NCBI RefSeq assembly: GCF_018350175.1
Contig: NC_058373.1
Location: 116,996,001-117,060,000, forward strand
DNA length: 64,000 nt
Direction: 5' to 3'
Source of the DNA: Felis catus
Taxonomy: Eukaryota
The first letter of the stretch is position 1. Every line of letters begins with the position of its first letter. Both the position numbers and the translations under genes were made by a program. The notes below the pieces were generated by a model, which saw only the letters and a program-made list of their open reading frames with translations, searched no databases and was not told the DNA's origin. This document shows, one piece after another, positions 12,329-26,800 of the stretch.

Positions 12329-14139
12329 AAAACTTGGTCTCATTGGAAGCTGTAATACCTGATCAATAATGTTGCATTTTTTCTGAACTGGACTTCTTAG
12401 TCTTCTCCCTTCTTTCTTAGCTTGGAAAACTTATTTTTGGCTCTCAAATTTGACTGCTCTCCCTGGTACCCTGTTTTCATTTCTAATGCAAAATGTGACC
12501 GTTAGCATGTGCCTCTTAACCTGGATCTTCTTCCTGCCTGGAATGTTGACGTGATCCTGGAGGTGCAGTAGCCATCTTGCCATCATGAGGATTATCCTAC
12601 AACCTAAGGGTGTCAGGGCAGAAAGGTAGGAGGAGGCTTAGGTCCTTAATGGCAGTGTCAGACTATACCAGGATTGGACTACCCACTGAATCTCACCTTT
12701 GAAGAACACACATTCCAGAGTTTAAACCTCTAATTGTCTCTGAAATAAGAAAGAAAATAGTACGGGTTAGAAAGTGTTGCAGAATACTGACAAACGATGA
12801 TCTGAAGACTGGACATATGGGCTTACTAGATTCTTCTACTTCTATGTGTGTATGTGTGCGTGCGCATGTGCCCACGTGTGTGAAAATTTTCGCAATAAAA
12901 AATTCCCCCATGTTGATTGTAATGTGATGCTCCAGCTCATAATTAAGCCCTTTCAAGAGCAGAGCACAAAAGTCTCCTGATGGCAGAGTTTCATCGGCCT
13001 CCCCAAATACCCAGGCCTGCCAATGGGGTCCTGCCAAGCTGCTGCCCCCTGCTGGCCCTGCCACATTGCGTGTGCCAGAGTTTAAGCTTTCTGACCACAG
13101 TGGAGGGTCTTGGTTGCAACTCTATCTACTGAAGTTTTCAGGCAGAGATCTGGCTCTTGATTTCAGCTATGTAATGGGTAAATGTACCTTCTGTTTTAAA
13201 ATTTTTAATATCTGCTGTTTACAAAGCACCATGGACCCTCGAAGATGGCATGTGGGGAAATATAGAGACGTAAAACCCTGTCATGTTGTGCGGATGAGGA
13301 TTCATAAAGCTCCCCCTGGAACCGATGCCCTCCTTTTTATTCTCATTCCCCTAATTTTTCCAGCTCTCTACTTGTGGACATGTTCTGGGATGTATTTCTG
13401 AAAGCCCATCCTTTCTACTTTTATTTGATTTCAGGTGTCATGGCTGTGACGCTTGTGACATATTTGACATGGACCAGGGAGAGGGAAGGGACCGGGCGTG
13501 CAGCTCAATTCACCAGGGAGGGTATGGAGTCATTTCTGTGACCCCCAGATCTAAATAGAAGAAGGAATACCTCCAATTCTATACAATCTCTTCCAGAAAA
13601 CAGAATAGAATGAAACACTTCCCAACTCATGGGATTACTTAATTACTCTGATACAAAACCAGGCAAGAGATTACAAGAAAAGAAAACCACAGGCCAATAT
13701 CCTTCATGAACATAGGTACCAAAATTCCCAAAGATACGTTAGCAGATTGAATCTAGCACATTCTGTGCATCTGTCCATCCACCCATTCATCCATCCATCC
13801 ACCTACCTGTGTATCTACTTCGCTATGACCAAGTGGGTTTTATCCTGGGAATGCAAGAAGGCTAGCTCAATTTTTAAATAGCAATCAATGTAATAGCAAA
13901 AATGTATATGTAGATAGCCATCAATAGTAATAATTTAAAGAGGAAAAACCACTTGATCATACTAATTGCTGCAGAAAAAAAAAACTTTTGACACAATTCA
14001 ACATTTAACCATGATAAAAAACTTTTGGTGAACTAGAAATAGAAGGCAACACTCTAGACCTCATAGAAAGCATCTACAAAAAATCTACAGCTAACATCAT
14101 ACTTAAAGGCGCAGAGTTTTTCTTCTTCTTCTTGGTTTT

Positions 14140-14348
14140 TGTTTTTAAAGCTTATTTTTTTATTTTGAGAGAGAGAGAAAATAAGAGTGAGTCAGGGACA
14201 GGGAGAGAGGGGGAGAGAGAATCCCAAGCAGGCTCTGCACTGTCAGCACAGAGCCCGATGTGGGGCTCGAACTCACAAACTGTGAGATCCTGACTTGAGC
14301 AAAAATCAAGAGTTGGATGCTTAACTGGCTGAGCCACCCAGACATTCC
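14140..14348 (-). mobile_element. CanSINE (older) inside L1
   Basis: SINE body interrupting the L1 RT region. Confidence 0.9.
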
Positions 14349-14962
14349 ACAATGTTTTTCTTCTAACGTCAGGAATAAGACTGGATGTCCACTCTCCTCA
14401 CCCCGAACCAACATGGTACTGAGTTCTAGCTAGTGCAATAAGGCAAGGGGAAAAAAAAGGCATATATTTTGGAAAGGAAGAAATGAAAGTATCCTTATTC
14501 ACAGATGACATGATTAAGAAAATCCCAAGAAATCTAAGTGAGCTCATTGACACAGCAGGTGCAAAGTCTGTTGACAATTCAGTTTTATTTTTATATACTG
14601 GCAATGAACAGTTAGAACCTAAATTTTAATACAAATACAGTAGTCCCCCCCATAACAAAAAAAAAATAGAGAAAAAAAGAAATACTGAGGTATAACTCTA
14701 ACCAAACATGTATAAGTTCTGCATACTAACAAACTTACAAACTCATGAAAGAAATCAAAGACTTAAAAAAAAAAGACAGATATACATCTTGTTCATGAGT
14801 TGAAAGTCTCAACATAGTAAAAATGTCAGTTCCCCCCAAGTTGATCTACAAATTTAACATAATTGCAATACAAATATCAGAAGAACTTTTTTATAGTTGG
14901 TCAAGCTTACTCTAAAACTTATTTGCAATGGCAAGGGAACTAGAATAACCAAACAATTTTGC

Positions 14963-15084
14963 AAAAAAATAAAATAAAATAAAATAAAATAAAATAATAA
15001 AATAATAAAATAAAATAATAAAATAAAATAATAAAGTAAAATAATAAAATAAAATAATAAAATAAAATAAAATAATAAAATAAA
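14963..15084. repeat. (AAAAT)n/(AAAATAAT)n simple repeat inside L1
   Basis: Seen directly. Confidence 0.95.
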
Positions 15085-15463
15085 TTTGAGGAATCCCACG
15101 ATACAATTTGAAGACTTTCTATACAGTACAGAAACCAAGACAGTGTGGTATTAATGATGGAACAAACAATAGAACATTCAGAAACCAGACACTGAGACAC
15201 CAGAAATTGACCCACACGAATATGGCCAATTGATTTTTGACAGAGGTTCAAAGGCAATTCAATGGAGACAGGGTTATCTTTTCAACAAATAGTGTTAGAA
15301 CAAGTGGACACCCACGTATTAAAAAAAACGAAAACCTAAACTTCACACCAATGCACAAATGAATTCAAATCGATCACAGATCTAAATGTAAAACAAAGAA
15401 CTATAAAACTTTTACAGCCAAACATAGGGAAAAATCTTCATGATCGGGATTAGGCAAAGAATC

Positions 15464-15680
15464 CTTTTTTTAAAAAATTTTTTTCATATTTATTTTTGAG
15501 AGAGAGAGAGAGAGACAGAGTATAAGCAGGGGCGGGGCGGAGAGAGAGGGAGACACAGAATCCGAAGCAGGCTCTGAGCTGTCAGCGCAGAGCCTGAGGC
15601 GGGGCTTGAACTCATGAACCTCGAGATCATGACCTGACCTGAAGTCGGCCACTTAACCAACGGAGCCACCCAGGCGCCCC
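15464..15680 (-). mobile_element. CanSINE inside L1
   Basis: Full body. Confidence 0.93.
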
Positions 15681-16190
15681 ATGGACTAGGTAAAGAATTC
15701 TTTAGGACAACAAAAACATGACCCACAATAGAAAATATTGGTAAATTAGACTCTGACAAAATAAAAAAACTTTGCTCTGATAAAAATGTTGTTAAGAGAA
15801 TGAAAATACATAGTACACACTGGGAAAAAATATTTGTAAGTCGCATATCAGAGGTCTTGTAGGCAGAGTTTATAAAAAGCTTTCAAAACATAACAAGAAG
15901 GGCAGGATTGATCTAACCATCTCAGTCCCGCGTATTTACCCTAGAACAATAAAAACTTTGGTTCGTGCAACTCTGTTGAAAATCTACCCAAACTGGACAC
16001 AACCCAAATATCCATCAAAAGGGAATAAAAAACAAACTGGCTCATCTGTACAATGAAATTTTACACACCAATAGAAAGGACTGAACTGCTGATACACGCA
16101 ACAACTGGATATTCTTCAAGGCATTATTCTCAAAGGTTATACACAGTATTATTCCATTTATGTGACGTTCTTGAGAAGACTAAAGTATAA

Positions 16191-16411
16191 TCTATTTTTA
16201 AATTTTTTTTAACATTTATTTATTTTTGAGACAGAGAGAGACAGAACACGAACAGGGGAGGGTCAAAGAGAGAGGGAGACACAGAATCTGACACAGGCTC
16301 CAGTCTCAGCTGTCAGCACAGAGCCTGATGCGGGGCTCGAACTCATGGACTGTGAAATCATGACCTGAGTCAAAGTCGGACGCTTAACCAACAGAGCTAC
16401 CCAGGGGCCCC
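16191..16411 (-). mobile_element. CanSINE inside L1
   Basis: TSD agaagactaaagtataa. Confidence 0.93.
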
Positions 16412-16989
16412 AAGAAGACTAAAGTATAAAAAAAGAGAATAGATTAGGGGTGATGGGAAGGTGTGATTACAGAGATTAACGGGGACACCTTTTTGGTAAG
16501 AGACTATTCCATATCCTGACTGTGTGGTAGTTAACATTAATCAATACGTGTGTTAAAATCCACAGACCTTTGCCTCACGTGTTAACTTAAAAAATAAAAT
16601 AAACATTTGGGTCTTTAATAATAACAGACATTTACTTTTCTGAAATAATTTCTGAAAACTCTAAGAATCAGGGGTTTGAATTTTTTGGCCTCACGAGATC
16701 ATTTTAGCTCTGATCTTTACGGAGCAGTTATTTTGGAAAGGACTAAGGAGAGATTCATCTGTATTTAATTTAATTGCTACCAATGCTGGAATCTTGGGTC
16801 AAAACTCAATCTTGAATACTAAAGATCGAATACGCAATCTTTAATTACAGAATACTAGAGAATTTTAAAAGTAGGTGTTTGATTCATCCCCGAAACAGTC
16901 ATTTCTTTAATGTGTAGGGCAAGATAAGGGGGCGCAGAGTAAGAGTCATTCCAACCTAATTAGAACACATTTGCATTCCAGCCAGGAAC

Positions 16990-17375
16990 TGTTTTGACCA
17001 CAGTGGCTTAAACAGAACAGGGACTCAACCCTCTACTTTTCTTCTCTTCCATCCTTGGCGTATGGCCTACACCTCACTGGCCGTAGTTGATGATCTCCAA
17101 CCATTATGTTTAACTTTCCAAGGGAATGAGGAAGACATGTTTACACTTCCAAGGGAATGGGGAGGATTTGCAAAAGGGTGCACCTTCCAGCTGAGTCAAG
17201 TCCTTTGACGAAGTTTTCTTTGAGGTTCCTTATATACTTCCTCTCACTGGCCAGACCTTGGTCACACGGCTATACCAATCTGCGAGGGAGGTTGGGAGAC
17301 ACAGTCTTTTGGCTGGGCCCACTGCAGCCCAGGATAAAATCAGAGTTTTGTTATTTAGGGAAGCAGGGAAAAGAT
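16990..17375 (-). mobile_element. MaLR solo LTR relic (MLT1J-like)
   Basis: acagtggcttaaaca...ctcactggccagaccttggtcacacggcta...aaaatcagagttttgttatttagggaagcaggg. Confidence 0.55.
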
Positions 17376-17379
17376 AGAC

Positions 17380-17811
17380 TAGGAATTCACTCACGTGATT
17401 AAGGAGGCCAAGAAGTCCTATGACCTGCCATCTGGAAGCTGGGGAGCAAGGAAAGGTGGTGGCATAGTTCAGTCCAGGTCTGAAAGTCTGAAAACCAGGA
17501 ACGCTGTTGTCCGAGGGCAGAAGATGGACGTCCTGGCCCAGGCGGAGACCAAATTCACCCCTCCTCCACCCAGGCGGAGACCAAATTCACCCCTCCTCCA
17601 CTGTTTTGTTCTATTCGGGCCCTCAACCGATTTGATGATGCCCACCTGCATCAGTGAGGCGGGCTTCTTTATTCAACCCACCAGTTCAAATGCTAATCTC
17701 TTCCACCAACACCCTCCCGGACACACACACACACACACACACACAGAAAGGTTTTACCAGTTATCTGTCACCTCCTAGCCAGTCAGGTTGACATGGAAAA
17801 GTAACCATCAC
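17380..17811 (-). mobile_element. ERVL solo LTR (MLT2B-like)
   Basis: ttttgttctattcgggccctcaaccgatttgatgatgcccacc...ttcaaatgctaatctcttcc...caggttgacatggaaaagtaaccatcac. Confidence 0.8.
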
Positions 17812-17978
17812 GACCTGCATTTATTTGGCGTTTGAGGACAGCCGGGGAAGGCACTGAGAGGCCACAGAGCTAGGGGCCAATCTGGGGAACTCTAAAGTGA
17901 TCAAATGTGGCGGCCATGAGGATAACGATCATGAAACGTACACACTTTCAGCCCTCTCTAAATGGAACCCCCTAGACG

Positions 17979-18420
17979 TGGCAGCAGTCATTGTCAATTT
18001 CTGGCCCCTGTGCCCTCACTTTTACCACTCACCTGTGCCCCCCCTCAAGATTTCTTATAGGTAGCACTTGCATTTCTATGCCTGAGGATCTTCTCTTGCT
18101 ACTGGAGCTCACTTCGCTGCTTGCATGGCAGGCCAGAAGAGCAAGGGAGTTAATTCTCCCCAGGAACCGCGCTCAACCAATGGCGTGTGTGAATTGGGGT
18201 CTAAATGCCCTCTTGTGTGGGGTCACTCTGAGGCACATCCTTCACGCTCGCTGCTGAGTTTTCTCAGCAGCGGTGAGCAACAAGCATCCATGTGGTAGTT
18301 GCCTTAATAAGGTACTCTTAGCTCCTCCCGGTGTTCCCTTCGCCTCCCTGCTGCCCAAGAACGGCTTGTCCTAGAATCCTTGTCTTAGGGTCTGCTTCTG
18401 AGGGAACCCCAACGAAGACA
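17979..18420 (+). mobile_element. ERVL solo LTR (LTR16-like)
   Basis: gcatggcaggccagaagagcaagggagttaattctccccagga...caaccaatg; ends aatccttgtcttagggtctgcttctgagggaaccccaacgaagaca. Confidence 0.7.
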
Positions 18421-18870
18421 GGTCCCAACTGAGAGCACTGTGAGAAACAGCGCATAGAAGCAGACAGAAGAGCCATCAGTAATTCCGTCCACTTTTCTTT
18501 TTTGAGGAGCACTGCTGAGCCTCAAGGGCAAAAGCATGATTAAAAATAAGCAGTCATACTTGTTGGTACCCTCAACAGATGGGGGCCATTCAGTTAGTTT
18601 AGGACAAACGGCTCTACACGCTTCAGGTGTGGGCCCAGTGGCTCAGTGTTTACAGAATTATAGATGAAGTGGTTTTAATTCCTAAATCCTTGCTCTTGAC
18701 TGGAAATAGTAATCCATTGCCACAGCTGTTGCCCAGGTGTAGACTCTTCTTATTTCTTGGTGGGACGATTACAGCAGTTACTTAACCCAGTCTCTCTGGC
18801 TCAGCCTCACTTCTCCTTAACGCATCCACACTGGTGTTGCCAGAGAGATCATTTAAAAATGTAAGCCAAG

Positions 18871-20158
<1,288 letters not shown>

Positions 20159-20196
20159 TGCAAACCAAGTTATGCTTCAAATCCTTAAGTATTTCA

Positions 20197-20412
20197 GGGC
20201 GCCTGGGTGACTCAGTCGGTTAAACATCCAGCTTTGGCTCAGGTCATGATCTCACGGTTTGTGGGTTTGAGCCCTGTGTTGGGCTCTGTGCTGACAGCTC
20301 AGAGCTTGGAGCCTGCTTCGGATTCTGTGTCTCCCTCTCTCTCTGCCCCTTCTCTGCTTGCATTCTGTCTCTCTGTCTCTCTCTCTCAAAAATGAGCAAA
20401 CAGTAAAAAAAG
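20197..20412 (+). mobile_element. CanSINE
   Basis: Full body. Confidence 0.93.
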
Positions 20413-20709
20413 AATTCAAATCTTTCCGTATTTCCCAGCCAGGGAATATCTCAGATGTCCTAGGGGATTTATGCCCTTCAAGTTTTCCTTTTCTCTCCCG
20501 CATTTCAGTTTCTATTTTTCTGAATATGAAACATGAATTTTAGAATTACTTAATTATTCCCACCTGTTAAAGTTGAAGCGTTTGCTCCCTTCTGAGTGGG
20601 TGTGCACAGTAGTTAGGAGATGAGAAGAAGGAAAGCTCTCTTGAAGCAATTACTCAGCTGGGATATCAAGGGACCATTGATATGCATGGTGGAGTTTTTA
20701 GCTATTATA

Positions 20710-20930
20710 CTATTTTATTTTTTTTTCAACGTTTATTTATTTTTGGGACAGAGAGAGACAGAGCATGAACGGGGGGAGGGGCAGAGAGAGAGGGAGACAC
20801 AGAATCGGAAACAGGCTCCAGGCTCTGAGCCATCAGCCCAGAGCCTGACGTGGGGCTCGAACTCCCGGACCGCGAGATCGTGACCTGGCTGAAGTCGGGC
20901 GCTTAACCGACTACGCCACCCAGACGCCCC
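20710..20930 (-). mobile_element. CanSINE SINEC_Fc (young)
   Basis: Full body, gagccatcagcccagagcc variant. Confidence 0.93.
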
Positions 20931-21906
20931 CAAGCCTCTTCGTTTCTAATAAATCCGGGCTCGGTGGGGCTGCTGGGCATCCTTTCGTTATGTGTGATGA
21001 ATGTCAGAATATCTCTAATTAAATATTCTGAAAAGGTGCTCTAAGCTTTTTGGAATTTTGTCTGAGCAAATCTCCAGGGACAGGGAAATAAAAAGTTAGG
21101 TCTTAAAAGTCTACTTTTCTTTTCTGCTTGAAAGGACTCGAGTGCCTTCTACCAACTTCATCTAAATACTTCCCCGAAGAGGAGGCTGCAGGTTAAGTGG
21201 GTAGCCTTTAATGCCTTCCAGGAGGGTTTAATTATTTAACTCAGCTCCGGGTGAAAGCAGTTTCAGCAAAGCAATTCGGGCAAACGTAAGTTGGCCAAGA
21301 AGAAAATTTTGGTCAAAACGAACGCTTCTCAGTCATTGAGTTTTCGTGTGTCAGTCATTTTGGCGGACTGGGAGAGAGGTTTTGCCACCCTCGATACATT
21401 TCTTGGGCATTTTGGGGTCTCTCCTCCCCTTCCTTTTTTAAGTACAGGGAGCTCCCCCTCCCTCTTATGCACTGGATACTTAGGACTTAATTTTCGAACA
21501 ATGATTCCAGCCCTGCACTGTGTATGATGGTGAAAAATTGGAAACATCCTAAGTGATTAGCAAAAGAATGTTAGTTGAGATAACCTCCGTGTCCAACAAT
21601 AAGTGGACTGCTCCAATGAATTGTGGTGTGTTTTAAAGAAATATGAAAATCCTCATCTATTGCCCCCAGATTAGCTATTTATCAAGATTCAGTCTTGATA
21701 ACCCTGTTGATCAAGAGTTACAGATGTGTAGCCCATTCTTATAGTAAAGACATATAGACACACACAGGAAAAAATCTGGAGGATGTATACCTTGGTGATT
21801 GTTTCTGCTGGGTGTACTTACACGGGGGTTCTTTATAGTTACCTTTGGTTTGTCTATTTTTGCCTTTTAACAAAGATCCATTGTTTTTTTGGTAAAAATA
21901 ATTTGA

Positions 21907-22026
21907 GGGGCACATGGGTGGCTCAGTTAAGCATCCAACTCTTAATTTTGGCTCAGGTCATGATCTCACGGTTGTGGGATCGAGCCCCGCATTGGGCTCT
22001 GTGCTCGGCATGGGGTCTGCTTGAGA

Positions 22027-22062
<36 letters not shown>

Positions 22063-22135
22063 CTCTGCCCCTTGCCCCAACTTGCACTCTCTCTCTCTCT
22101 CTAAAAAAAATAATAATGATAATGTTAATAATAAT
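21907..22135 (+). mobile_element. CanSINE (older) with (AAT)n tail
   Basis: TSD aataatttgag. Confidence 0.9.
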
Positions 22136-23899
22136 AATAATTTGAGAGACATTCTTAATAAAATAAACTATAGAAGAGAATGATCTGGAATTTTCTTGCT
22201 TTAGGGATGGAGACTTGTTGCCTACATCACCGTGATGGCATCTGAGGGAGGAGTGCTCTCGGTCAGGGGGGGTGCCTCTCTTCTGTGGCTGGATGGGGCT
22301 TGGGACCGGGTTCTGACCTTAGCAGAAGGACTATGTGATCCTTCCAGAACATCTCCTTAAAAACGTCTCACTGTCTATGGTCTTTGCCCTTCCCTTCTTC
22401 TGTCCTGCCTGAACTGGGATGTGATGCCTGACCTGCCAACAGTTAAGACCAGGGAAAATTGACTGAATATAAACTAAACAATAAAGGAAAAAGTAGCAAA
22501 CCTCCCTGGCCAGAACATGAAGATATTTCGAAAGACAGACAGGAATTCATAGAGCTTGTAAAATCACCCCCAAAAGGCATTAGAATTGCTAATATTATTT
22601 TTTTTTAAAAAAGTCAGCAACTGGGGACCTTTATGTAGCAGCATGAAGATAAGTACCAAGTGGGAGTTTTTTCTCAGGTTGGTTGGAAATGATGACTAAC
22701 GTTACTCCGGGAAACAAAACCTCAAGTTTCCCCACATCGTAAGGGCAGAGAATGGCCAGCTGTTGGGAATGGCAACCTTCCAAAATGACTCACTGAGGGG
22801 CAACGGACAGATCCTATTCCACCACCAACTCCAGTCTCGCAGAATCCCTCTGACCCCACCCTACACTCGCATTCCACCTCCCAATATAGGACTTGGACGG
22901 AGACAAGTGGTCTTCTAAGTAGGAGAATAGGACAAAGAACAACTATGTCTCATCTTTTCTTTCACGGGGATGGGGAGGAAGCTCCAAGACAGGGAGAAGG
23001 AACTGGACCCGGAGACATTCATCTGTACGGCTTGGGAGTACCTTCGAGAAGGGCGGGCTGACATCTCATCTTCTGGCTGGGCCTGGAGAAAGCACCCCGG
23101 AAGAATTCAGGAAGACAGATGCCTAAGCCAGGCAGGAACAGGGACCATCCCTTTAAATTTTCCATTCCCAGAGGGACAGGAAATAGATCCCACTTAAGTT
23201 GACAGATTCCAGGATTCTAGTCCTTCTTGAATTGATGAAGTGGGCATAGGGCTCACTGGGGTCCATCATAGCAAGAAGCAAAGAGCCTAGGCCTCCCTGA
23301 AGTGTAGCCTAGACTGCTCCCGGGGGGGGGGGGTCATCCTGAAGATGGGGTCACTCGTCTTGAGGGACCCCACACACCTTGGGAAATGGAGTCTCACATC
23401 AATGAAGCCTGTTGAGAACATCAACCATCCATATCCAGACCACAGAAAACACCTAGAACACTAATTATAACAAACCGTGGAAAGGGTCGTGTGTCCACTA
23501 GGCCTTTATGGAGACAGTCCATTCCCCTGATCTTTCCTCCCACCCTAACACTAGAGGGGAGAGCACAGGAGGGAAGCAGGGGAGGAGTCAGGGAGGGCCC
23601 ACCATACCCCCATCATACTCCAATTTAGCCTGGGCTTGGTGGGGGGTAGTGGGAATGGGGAGCTTTGATCTGATTTTGAAATGGAAGGATTCCAATAAAC
23701 AGGACTGAGCGAAAGGACTCAAATCAGAGGACTCTGATAACTGGAAATAATTGAAGAGCGGTGGGCTGAGGTTGAAATGGCATTAGGGAAGCTCACTCCT
23801 CTGTGGGAGAGGGTGGCAGAGAGCGGGTAGGGAAGGCAGATTCATTTTGCACTTACACTCCAATGTGGGACTCCCCCCCCTTTTAACCAATTCTCATCC

Positions 23900-26800
23900 T
23901 TTTCAGAAAAACCACCCCGCTGACCATCCTGTTTCAAACCCCACGGCGCATCCTCCTGAGGTCTTGACAGGCCCTTGTGATGAAGAGGTCACACAGGGCA
24001 GGGGGTAGAAGAAAGGTCTAGAAAGGCACCTTGTGGTATATCGTGTCACATACATTTTGTGAACCATTTCCCATTCTCTTGATCTCACCTGCCCCTGGGA
24101 CCTCTGACCACCTGACTGCTGCGGCAAACATTTTCTCAAGGACACCAGTCACTTTCAGGAGGGCACAATTCCACAGTCCCCTAGCCCTTTGTTGTCCTGC
24201 TCTCCTTCTAACTCCTGCCCCGGGGCAGCACCTGCGGCGGGAGCCTGGCTCTGCTGTGAGATCTGCTGGGTCTGCAGCCCAGAAGTGTGGGGGCTCATGC
24301 CCCGTGAGCAGCCCTCCGAGCCCTGAGAGAGGGGATCTGTAGGTACATTCCCCTCTCCTCCAGGGACAGCACCTCTCAGAAAGCAAGTGTTGGAGATTGA
24401 GCAGTCATGCCTGCCGCCGGCATTCCTCCCTCTCCTGCTCGCCCCTGTCCTCCTCACTCCGACTTCCCTGGGATTGTCGTCTTAGATAAGGAGTCGTCCA
24501 GAAGCCTCCGCCTCGGGCCGCGTGCTTCTGGGGGAACCGGGGCTGGGACAGGTGTGCAAACCTGCCTTGATTTTCAAGGTGTTGCTTCCTCGATTCCTCT
24601 GCCGGATTCGGATTCGCCTTGGGAATCGGCTTGCGCGTGAGCGCTGGGGATGCCTCCAGCTAGAGGCAAGCAAGCAGGCTGCGGGTCTGCACCATGCCAG
24701 GGGTCCACGCGTCTGCAGGCGAAGGCCAAGTGGAACCGCTCTCCGGCCCCAGCCTCAGCGTGACTGCGGGGCTGGACGACAGTCCCGGGGGGCCCTCCTC
24801 CTCCGAGCAGAGGAAGGGAGACTGTCCTTCGCTTCGCAGATAGAGTCAGGTTGAATGACAGTCACTGGGGAAACAAAACCTCTCTCTAGACATTGTTGCT
24901 ATAGTCACTGCCGAGACTAAAACCGAACCTGACAAGCTTTTCCGACAAAGGAAAATGACGTCCTTCAGTGTGCTGAATTAAAAGCAAACTACCCATTTTG
25001 AAAGAGAGAAAACCTGTTCCAGCTCTGGGATGCCTGCTAACACAATGAGGCGAAACCTTTAGATAAAACCCCCCACGCCACTTGAGCATCCCAAGGCTTA
25101 ACACGGTGTAGTTTACCAAAAGAATAAATTCCACGCCGAGGTCTTTGGGCTCCACCCAGCTGATTCCTTTTGCAAGGACACAGTATCCGATCCTGTACAA
25201 CAAAAGGCAAAACCATCTCTACTAATCTTCAGCTTTCTTCCTCCTCTTCTTCTTCTTCTTCTTCTTCTTCTTCTTCTTCCTCCTCCTCCTCCTCCTCCTC
25301 CTCTCTCCTCCTCCTCCCTCCTCCCCCTTCTTCTTCTTCTTTCTTCTTCTTCTTCCTCCTCCTCTTCCTCCCTCCTCCTCCTCCCTCCTCCCCCTTCTTC
25401 TTCTTCTTCCTCCTCCTCCCTCCTCCCCTTCTTTTTCTTCCTCCTCCTCCCTCTTCCTCCTCCTCCTCCCTCTTCCTCCTCCCTCCTCCCTCTTCCTCCT
25501 CTCTCCTCCCCCTTCTTCTTCTTCTTCTTCTTCCTCCTCCTCCCTCCTCCCTCCTCCTCCTCCCTCCTCCTCCTCCCTCCTCCTCCTCCTCCTCCCTCCT
25601 CCTCCTCCCTCCTCCTCCTCCCTCCTCCTCCTCCCTCCTCCCTCCTCCTCCTCCCTCCTCCTCTTCTTCTTCCTCCTCCTCCTCCCTCCTCCCTCTTCCT
25701 CCTCCCTCCTCCCTCTTCCTCCTCTCTCCTCCCCCTTCTTCTTCTTCTTCTTCCTCCTCCTCCTCCTCCCTCCTCCTCCCTCCTCCCCCTTCTTCTTCTT
25801 CTTTCTTCTTCTTCTTCCTCCTCCTCCTCCTCCCTCTTCCTCCTCTCTCCTCCCCCTTCTTCTTCTTCTTCTTCCTCCTCCTCCTCCTCCCTCCTCCTCC
25901 TCCCTCCTCCTCCCTCCTCCCCCTTCTTCTTCTTCTTTCTTCTTCTTCTTCCTCCTCCTCCTCCCTCTTCCTCCTCCCTCCTCCCTCTTCCTCCTCCCTC
26001 CTCCCTCTTCCTCCTCTCTCCTCCCCTTCTTCTTCTTCTTCTTCTTCCTCCTCCCTCCTCCTCCTCCTCCCTCCTCCTCCTCCTCCCTCCTCCTCCTCTT
26101 CCTCCCCTTCTTGTTCTTCTTGTTCTTGTTCTTGTTTTCTTCTTCCCATTCAACCATCAGTCCCCTTGCAACTAGGCTCCAGAAAGCTGAGTAGAGCCAG
26201 GATACCAATGACATGAGTCTGATTCACCTCCAGCGTGGGAGGAAGACAGAATGGAAGAGTCTTCAGGGTTAGTAAAGCAAACTGACATCATTGTCTCCCC
26301 AGAAGGCGCCCAAGGCTGTTCAGGGGCGAGGGGTGACGTTTGCAGAGGGCCCCTGAGCACTATCCAGGTAACCAAAGACATAGCTAAAGAGCTGTGGCTA
26401 CCGCAGTCTGGGGAGTCTGGGAATTCACCCAGAGCGAACTGGGTGGGTGTGCGCCTTCCTCACTGAGCGAGGAGTGAGCCACCGCCTCTTTGATATCGGT
26501 GTGGTGTCCGGGGAAGCACACGCAGGCTGCCAAGAGTCCCCAGAGGAAATGATTCTGAGGATGTGGGGCTTGGCCGCTGTCACTGTCCAGTTCCTGCAGG
26601 CCCCCTGGAGTCCTGGCACGGAGCATCCGGAGGAAGACCCCCCGGGGGGCAGTGACGCTAACCAGAAGTCCAGGGGGCCAGGACTACCCACTGAGATCAC
26701 CCAGCTAAGGGCTGCACTTGAGAAGGGAGCCTCAGTAGGAGGCTTCGGACCTCCCACCCTGGCTCACTCGGTAAGGAAGGCAGACATGGTTTTATGCTTG

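Larger units (their letters stand above)
13545..16610 (+). mobile_element. Old L1 (L1M-type), ORF2 RT region to 3' UTR
   Basis: aaaaccacaggccaatatccttcatgaacata..., tatgaccaagtgggttttatcctgggaatgcaag..., ttattcacagatgacatgatt (F-DDM motif), caattgatttttgacagagg... Confidence 0.9.

Noticed and set aside
14854..15257. Hydrophobic F/Y/I/L-rich ORFs resembling membrane proteins
   Set aside because: Translation of an (AAAAT)n simple repeat inside an L1.
22440..23800. Unclassified stretch that may be an ancient LTR or LINE relic
   Set aside because: I could not match it to a family or define termini from the sequence alone.
25113..26216. Four ORFs of 306-348 aa (E/G/R-rich and S/P/L-rich), superficially like RPGR ORF15
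   Set aside because: They are open only because a two-letter tract cannot contain stop codons; there is no RPGR-like flanking domain and the register shifts constantly.
24886..26626. Possible GPCR or transporter pseudogene (hydrophobic segments flanking an acidic loop)
   Set aside because: No consistent family motifs (DRY, CWxP, NPxxY or exchanger repeats) in any frame; kept only as an unidentified candidate.
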